Shown here in pieces: positions 59,121 through 64,000 of a DNA stretch of 64,000 nt (the first letter of the stretch is position 1; every line of letters starts with the position of its first letter). Source of the stretch: an uncultured Verrucomicrobiae bacterium (GTDB taxonomy: Bacteria; Verrucomicrobiota; Verrucomicrobiia; Palsa-1439); the NCBI GenBank assembly GCA_963812605.1, contig CAWEWF010000004.1:288001-352000 (forward strand), in the 5' to 3' direction. The translations under genes were made by a program, and so were the position numbers. The notes under the pieces were generated by a model. That model ran no database searches. It saw only the letters and a list, made by a program, of their open reading frames with translations, and was not told the origin of the DNA.

Positions 59121-59931
59121 CGAACCCAGGAAGGTTTTCCTCACCGGCGCCAGTTCCGGCATCGGACTGGAAACGGCCCGACTTCTTGTCCAACACGGCT
59201 GCGAAGTGTGGGGAACATCCCGCGACGTGTCGCGCCTGCCGCAATTGCCGCGCTTCCACCCGGTGCGAATGGACCTGGCCAGTTTCGACTCGATCCGCCA
59301 GGGTTTTGCCATGGCCCAGCGGGAAGCCGGCGCATTCGACGCGCTGATCAACAATGCCGGCGATGGCGCGTTCGGCCCGCTGGAAACGATGCCGGCGCAG
59401 ATGGTGCGCGCGCAGTTTCAGGTGCTGGTCGACGCGCCGCTGGAGTTGATTCGATTGGCGCTCCCGAAAATGCGAGAACGCGGCCGCGGCGTCATCCTCA
59501 ATGTCACCTCGCTCGCCGCGCAGTTCCCGATTCCGTTCATGGCGCCCTACAGCGCGGCGAAATCCGCGCTCAGCCTGTTCACGCAGGGACTGCGGGTGGA
59601 GTTGTCCAACACGTCGATTCACGTCGTCGAGTTGCGGCCCGGGGACATTAACACGCCGTTTCACGAACGGACAAAGAAGGTGGCCACCGCAGCAAGCGCC
59701 GGGGAGCAACGCCGGCTGAAGGCGGTCTGGGATTCGCAAGTCCGCAACATGATGGCCGCGCCGCCGCCTGAGCGCGTCGCCCGGGCCATACTGCGCGCGA
59801 TCACGGCGCCGAACCCGCCACCGTTATTGGTTGTGGGAGGGTGTTTTCAGGCACGGGTAACACCGCTGGCGGCACGGCTCTTGCCGCTTCGATTATTGGA
59901 ATGGGCGCTGCGGCAATACTACCGGCTCTGA
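59110..59931 (+). CDS. Short-chain dehydrogenase/reductase
   Basis: TGASSGIG, INNAG, YSAAK, RPGDINT. Confidence 0.9.
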   Translation: MAASEPRKVFLTGASSGIGLETARLLVQHGCEVWGTSRDVSRLPQLPRFHPVRMDLASFDSIRQGFAMAQREAGAFDALINNAGDGAFGPLETMPAQMVRAQFQVLVDAPLELIRLALPKMRERGRGVILNVTSLAAQFPIPFMAPYSAAKSALSLFTQGLRVELSNTSIHVVELRPGDINTPFHERTKKVATAASAGEQRRLKAVWDSQVRNMMAAPPPERVARAILRAITAPNPPPLLVVGGCFQARVTPLAARLLPLRLLEWALRQYYRL

Positions 59932-61069
59932 CGCGGAGCGCCGCAATCGTCCGCACGATATCGCGCGGGTGCATCGGCGGGCAGGCCACTTTCATGGCCT
60001 GACGGACCGCCGCGGGCAGCTCCGGCTGCTTCCGCCACTGCCCCACGATCCGCGCCAGCCCTTCCGGACTGCGAATGAGTTCCGCGAGGCCGTGCTTGCG
60101 GCAGAACTTTACGGTGATGTGTTCCTGCGGCATGATGCCGCCAAGACAGTTCAGCAACAGGGGACAACCGCTGACGATCGCCTCGCTGGTCGTGCCAGTG
60201 CCCGGTCGCGCGACGATAGCCGACACCGAGCGCATCAGCTTGCCGACGTTCGTATTGTGGGGCAGCAGGCGCACCCGCGCCTGTGGGTTGGCCTTCGCCC
60301 ACGCCGAGATTTCGCGTTCGGCGATCTGCGATTTGCCGCAGAGCAGCACCACTTGCGCGTCGCTGTGGCGTTGCTTTAGCGCATCGAGAAAGCGGACGTG
60401 ATTGTGCGCGCCGCGGCTCGAGGCGCTGAGCAGCAAAATGAACTCGTTCGGATCGAGGTCCAACTGCTGGCGGATGAATGCCGCTCGGCCCTCCTCGTCA
60501 GAGGGTTCATCGTAAAAAAACCGGCGCAAGAGAAAGCCCCCGACCTGCGTCTTCTCCGGCGCCATGCCCCAGCGGATGGCGGCCTCGCAGGTTTCGGGAA
60601 CCGCGCCGATGAAAAGATCGGCCGATGGATTCACCCAGTGGCGACTAAAACCGTAGCCGCCCGACAATTCGCCGCAGTAGGTCACGCACTTCACGCGATC
60701 TTCGCCCAATACCTCACGGGCATGGTCGAAGAACGCGTGATTCAAGGAGTCATGCACGCTGAGGAGCACGTCGGGCTGCAGTTCCTCCAGTATCTTGCGA
60801 TACTTTCCCGCGCCCAGCGGCTTGTTCGTGCGAACAATCGCCACGACTTCGAGGAAATTGAAATAGACATGATGCAGGAACGGCGCGGTGCGCTGGATCC
60901 AATTATACAGCCAGACACCGAAAGCGTAGAGTTCGTGCGATTTTTCCAGGGGACGATGAAGCTGCGCCGAAGTATCCAGCGACGGCATCGTCTGGGCCCA
61001 TTCCTGGAAAGCGCGGGCCCGCATGTTGTGGCCCCCCCCTGTGCTCGACGTTAAAAGGACGACGCGCAT
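59801..61069 (-). CDS. MGDG synthase-like glycosyltransferase (GT28)
   Basis: LTSSTGGGH, CGK, RPGTGTTSEA, PQE; 3' tail overlaps the SDR gene. Confidence 0.85.
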   Translation of the reverse strand: MRVVLLTSSTGGGHNMRARAFQEWAQTMPSLDTSAQLHRPLEKSHELYAFGVWLYNWIQRTAPFLHHVYFNFLEVVAIVRTNKPLGAGKYRKILEELQPDVLLSVHDSLNHAFFDHAREVLGEDRVKCVTYCGELSGGYGFSRHWVNPSADLFIGAVPETCEAAIRWGMAPEKTQVGGFLLRRFFYDEPSDEEGRAAFIRQQLDLDPNEFILLLSASSRGAHNHVRFLDALKQRHSDAQVVLLCGKSQIAEREISAWAKANPQARVRLLPHNTNVGKLMRSVSAIVARPGTGTTSEAIVSGCPLLLNCLGGIMPQEHITVKFCRKHGLAELIRSPEGLARIVGQWRKQPELPAAVRQAMKVACPPMHPRDIVRTIAALRVRAGSIAAAPIPIIEAARAVPPAVLPVPENTLPQPITVAGSAP

Positions 61070-61102
61070 AAACGGAGCGGATTATATGATACACCATTCC
61101 TA

Positions 61103-62065
61103 CTACAAGCTTCGAAATGGCTTGCGCCAGACCCAACCCAGCAGCGGGAGTTGTTTCACAATCGCCCCGCAAGACTGTTCATCGCGGTGAAGCGGCGCCG
61201 CAAGCAATAACAGCCCGACCAACAAAATCGTCTGGGTAAAGGTGATGCCCAGCAACAGATAAACGCCAATGTGAAATAGAATCAAGCCGGACCCCCACCA
61301 TCGTTGAAGCGCCGGCCGGAACGCCGCCCAAAAGGCGAACAATTCCACGTACACGGCCACCAATCCGAGCGGCCACCCAAACCAGGGATGGGCGAGGAGC
61401 CAGGGCCCCAGCCAGCTACTGGAGTTCGTTTGCAACAATCGATCCGCGATGATTGACGCAAGACCGGTCGGCAGGAAAAGGTTGTTCTGACCCGCGCCAA
61501 TCTGGTAGATCGCCCCGCCGATCTTTCCCACGCCCGACATCGTATAGGTCAGTAGTACAATCGCCTGGCAAACCCAGAAGATGAGCAAGAAACGTTGTCG
61601 TACTGCCCGACCAGCCGACCGCGCGGGCGCGTTTGGCAAAAACACCAACCAGAAAGCTGTCAACACCCACAGGTGGTAGTTGTGGCTGATCTTGCCAAAC
61701 GAATTGTCCAGCCCCGCAAATTCGAATAGTCCGGCAAACACCAGCGCCCGCGCCCAACGCCTCTCGGGGAAGATTGCGCCAAGAAACGCCGCGACCAGGT
61801 ACCCCGCCAGGATACCCACCCTGCCCACGCGCAACGGCACGGCGTTGAGCCAGCAAACTGGCCAAAGCGCCAGGGTTTCTCGTCGATCCAGGTAGGCCGA
61901 CCAATCGTGCAGTGTGGCCACAGCCATGAACAGGACTGCCACGTAGTAACAGCGCACGACAACTCGCGTGGTGCGAAACGATTCGGTCTGGCGACTCAGC
62001 GTTCCTCGCGGGGCTGGCTGATGGTCGAAACCGAAAAAACGCCGCACCCGCCGAAGGAGGGTCAC
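61103..62065 (-). CDS. HTTM-like polytopic membrane protein
   Basis: SFGKISH, Y..SG..K, ELF, FH.G....LGI.F. Confidence 0.65.
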   Translation of the reverse strand: MTLLRRVRRFFGFDHQPAPRGTLSRQTESFRTTRVVVRCYYVAVLFMAVATLHDWSAYLDRRETLALWPVCWLNAVPLRVGRVGILAGYLVAAFLGAIFPERRWARALVFAGLFEFAGLDNSFGKISHNYHLWVLTAFWLVFLPNAPARSAGRAVRQRFLLIFWVCQAIVLLTYTMSGVGKIGGAIYQIGAGQNNLFLPTGLASIIADRLLQTNSSSWLGPWLLAHPWFGWPLGLVAVYVELFAFWAAFRPALQRWWGSGLILFHIGVYLLLGITFTQTILLVGLLLLAAPLHRDEQSCGAIVKQLPLLGWVWRKPFRSL

Positions 62066-62529
62066 GGCGCTTCTCCCGGCGATACATACTCCGCGAGTGG
62101 TTGGACCTCGTATTGTCCCGTGCGCCAGCGGACCAACGGATCGAAGGTGATTGTCACAAGCTCATACCGGCATGGCGACGGCAGGTGGTTCTTCTCCAAA
62201 ACCTGGCGAATACGCTGTTGCTCGTCGGTTCTTCCCTGCTTCACCGCCAGCCCCAGTTGCTGCACCAGCTCATCGACGGTCACGCTCTGCGGATTCGCCA
62301 CGAAGTCTTCCGCGTCCTGGTAGAAGAGCGGCTGGGTCAATCTTTGCCCATGCGCTTCCTGCAAGCGCACGGCATAGCGCGACTCCGACCCGGGCACCAG
62401 TGGAAACAGGAACCATGAATAAACCGGAAAGACTTCCTGTCGCGGATGCAATGCCGTCGCCAATCCCAGCGCAAAGTAACCCGTCAAAAATAGTGCTACC
62501 CAGCCACGCAAGATTCGGTATGCTGCCAT
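62062..62529 (-). CDS. Membrane-anchored hypothetical protein (likely partner of the HTTM-like gene)
   Basis: N-terminal TM helix, E.FP..SW.LF motif; 4-nt overlap with the downstream gene. Confidence 0.65.
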   Translation of the reverse strand: MAAYRILRGWVALFLTGYFALGLATALHPRQEVFPVYSWFLFPLVPGSESRYAVRLQEAHGQRLTQPLFYQDAEDFVANPQSVTVDELVQQLGLAVKQGRTDEQQRIRQVLEKNHLPSPCRYELVTITFDPLVRWRTGQYEVQPLAEYVSPGEAP

Positions 62530-62617
62530 TCAGTCGTCTCCGTGCCGTCATCCTATCCAAAGCGTACGGCGCGGGTCAGGCTTAAAGTTTTTTTGTGGGC
62601 GGAAATTCCGCGAGACC

Positions 62618-63676
62618 ATGGCCAGAGTCCTTTATGGAGTAATGGGAAATACGTTCGGGCACGTCTCCCGCGCCCTGGCTGTCGCGCGCCGATTGCCGGA
62701 ACATGAATTTCATTTTGTCGGCGGGGGTCGCGTGCCCGAAGTCTTGCGGGGTTTATATCCCGTCCTGGAAGTGCCCGTGGCGCGCACGGTTTATAAGAAA
62801 CAACGCGCTTACGTGCTGGCCACCTGCGGGCACCTCGCTCGTTGCGTGATGAACCAACCGCGCGTGCGTCAGGAGATCCTCGATCTCATCGACCGTTGGC
62901 GGCCCGACATCGCCATTTGTGATCGCGAGTTCTTCCTGCCTCATGCGGTCCGCCAGGCGGGGTTGCCGATGTTTTCGCTCGACCATTCGCATGTGCTACA
63001 GGTCTGCCGCTACAAGGTCCCTGCGTCGCAAGTGGTTTCGTGGTCGCTGTCACGCCTTGAAGATTTTCTCTTCTTCGACCACACCCGTCACAACCTGGTC
63101 ACCTCTTTTTTCCATCCCGAACTCAAGCGCCGCGGTCAAAATGAACTGCTTCCGCCAATCTTGCGACCTGCCGTGCGCGAAATTCAACCGCGGCGGGGCG
63201 ATTACGTCTTTATCTATCAATCAACGCCGACCTTTGGCGCTCTCATCGACGTCGCGCGCCAACTCCAACGACCCGCCATCGTCTACGGTTACCGCAACGA
63301 AAAGGCAGTCGAAGGCAATCTGACATTCAAACCGTTCGATCCGCGGGCCATCCTCGAAGACCTTGCGGGCAGCGCCTACGCTGTCGCCAATGCCGGCCAC
63401 AATCTTATTTGCGAGGCGCTCTACTTTGGCAAACCGCTCCTCTGCTTTCCTGTTGCGGTCAACTTCGAGCAATTTATCAACGCCTGGTACGTGCGCGAAC
63501 TCGGCTACGGCGATTTTTCGATCGGCTTCCAGCCTACCGCCGCGATGTTCGCGGATTTTGAGTCGCGCCTCGACATGTATCGCAGGAAGATTCAGGAAAC
63601 ATTCGTGGACGGCACGGAGATCGTCACCAACCGCGTCCGCGATCTTATCCGCGACTCCCACGGCGCAAAAAAATAA
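62618..63676 (+). CDS. Glycosyltransferase (MJ1255/VC2487-like GT-B)
   Basis: LYGV.G..FGH.SR, PPILR, NAGH..I.EALY.GKP....P....FEQ..NA. Confidence 0.85.
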   Translation: MARVLYGVMGNTFGHVSRALAVARRLPEHEFHFVGGGRVPEVLRGLYPVLEVPVARTVYKKQRAYVLATCGHLARCVMNQPRVRQEILDLIDRWRPDIAICDREFFLPHAVRQAGLPMFSLDHSHVLQVCRYKVPASQVVSWSLSRLEDFLFFDHTRHNLVTSFFHPELKRRGQNELLPPILRPAVREIQPRRGDYVFIYQSTPTFGALIDVARQLQRPAIVYGYRNEKAVEGNLTFKPFDPRAILEDLAGSAYAVANAGHNLICEALYFGKPLLCFPVAVNFEQFINAWYVRELGYGDFSIGFQPTAAMFADFESRLDMYRRKIQETFVDGTEIVTNRVRDLIRDSHGAKK

Positions 63677-64000
63677 ATGAGCGCACCGCCAACCATCGCC
63701 TATATCTTCGAGCGTTACCCCGTGCTCTCGCAGACGTTTCTGCGGCGTGAGGTCGCGGGCGTGTGCGGCCAGGGCGTGCGCGTGGAAATCCATTCGATGC
63801 TCACGCCCAGCGCCGCCGATCGAACCCACGCGCTCGCCGACGTGCCCGTCGATTATTTCCGACTGGTGGGAAGCCGGGAAACTGGTCGTCGCCCTGCCCC
63901 GCGAACTGCTGCGCGATCCGGCATTGCTGCGCGACGGCTGGCGATTGTATCGCCGCTACCGTCCCACGAATGCCGAGAACTTCTGGAGCACTATGTGGGC
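63677..64000 (+). CDS. Glycosyltransferase family 4, WcaL-like (runs out of the window)
   Basis: MSAPPTIAYIFERYPVLSQTFLRREV; probable frameshift near 63865. Confidence 0.75.
   Translation, partial: MSAPPTIAYIFERYPVLSQTFLRREVAGVCGQGVRVEIHSMLTPSAADRTHALADVPVDYFRLVGSRETGRRPAPRTAARSGIAARRLAIVSPLPSHECRELLEHYVG

Overview
Bacterial DNA, GC-rich, whose gene content (proteins ending in ...FYRVxxxP, GKIARLP-family ORF, T5SS/PEP-CTERM-type repeats, GTAG/GGAG REP-like palindromes) points to a Verrucomicrobiota/PVC organism; this is inference. Housekeeping genes (ligA, rnhC, mutY, tolC-like, pgeF/yfiH, gmhB) alternate with accessory blocks: a three-gene secreted surface-protein operon (10.1-19.5 kb), a ketosynthase/cyclase/methyltransferase/FAD-oxidoreductase cluster (24-28 kb), four large secreted modular proteins including two giant subtilases (29-46 kb), a degraded mobile-element-like island (46-50 kb), a GbsR-regulated membrane operon (50-55.6 kb) and a glycolipid-type cluster (55.6-64 kb). 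Main result: two different IS110-family elements (11879-13084 on -, 17341-18595 on +) each carry a non-coding region with bridge-RNA guide segments matching both their own insertion site and their own donor junction around a CT core. Each sits in a REP palindrome inside the 5' coding part of a consecutive gene of the same surface-protein operon, and removing either element in silico restores an uninterrupted N-terminal reading frame. This is a candidate two-switch, RNA-guided, scarless phase-variation system. Many single-base frameshifts suggest long-read indel errors, so split genes should be read with caution.
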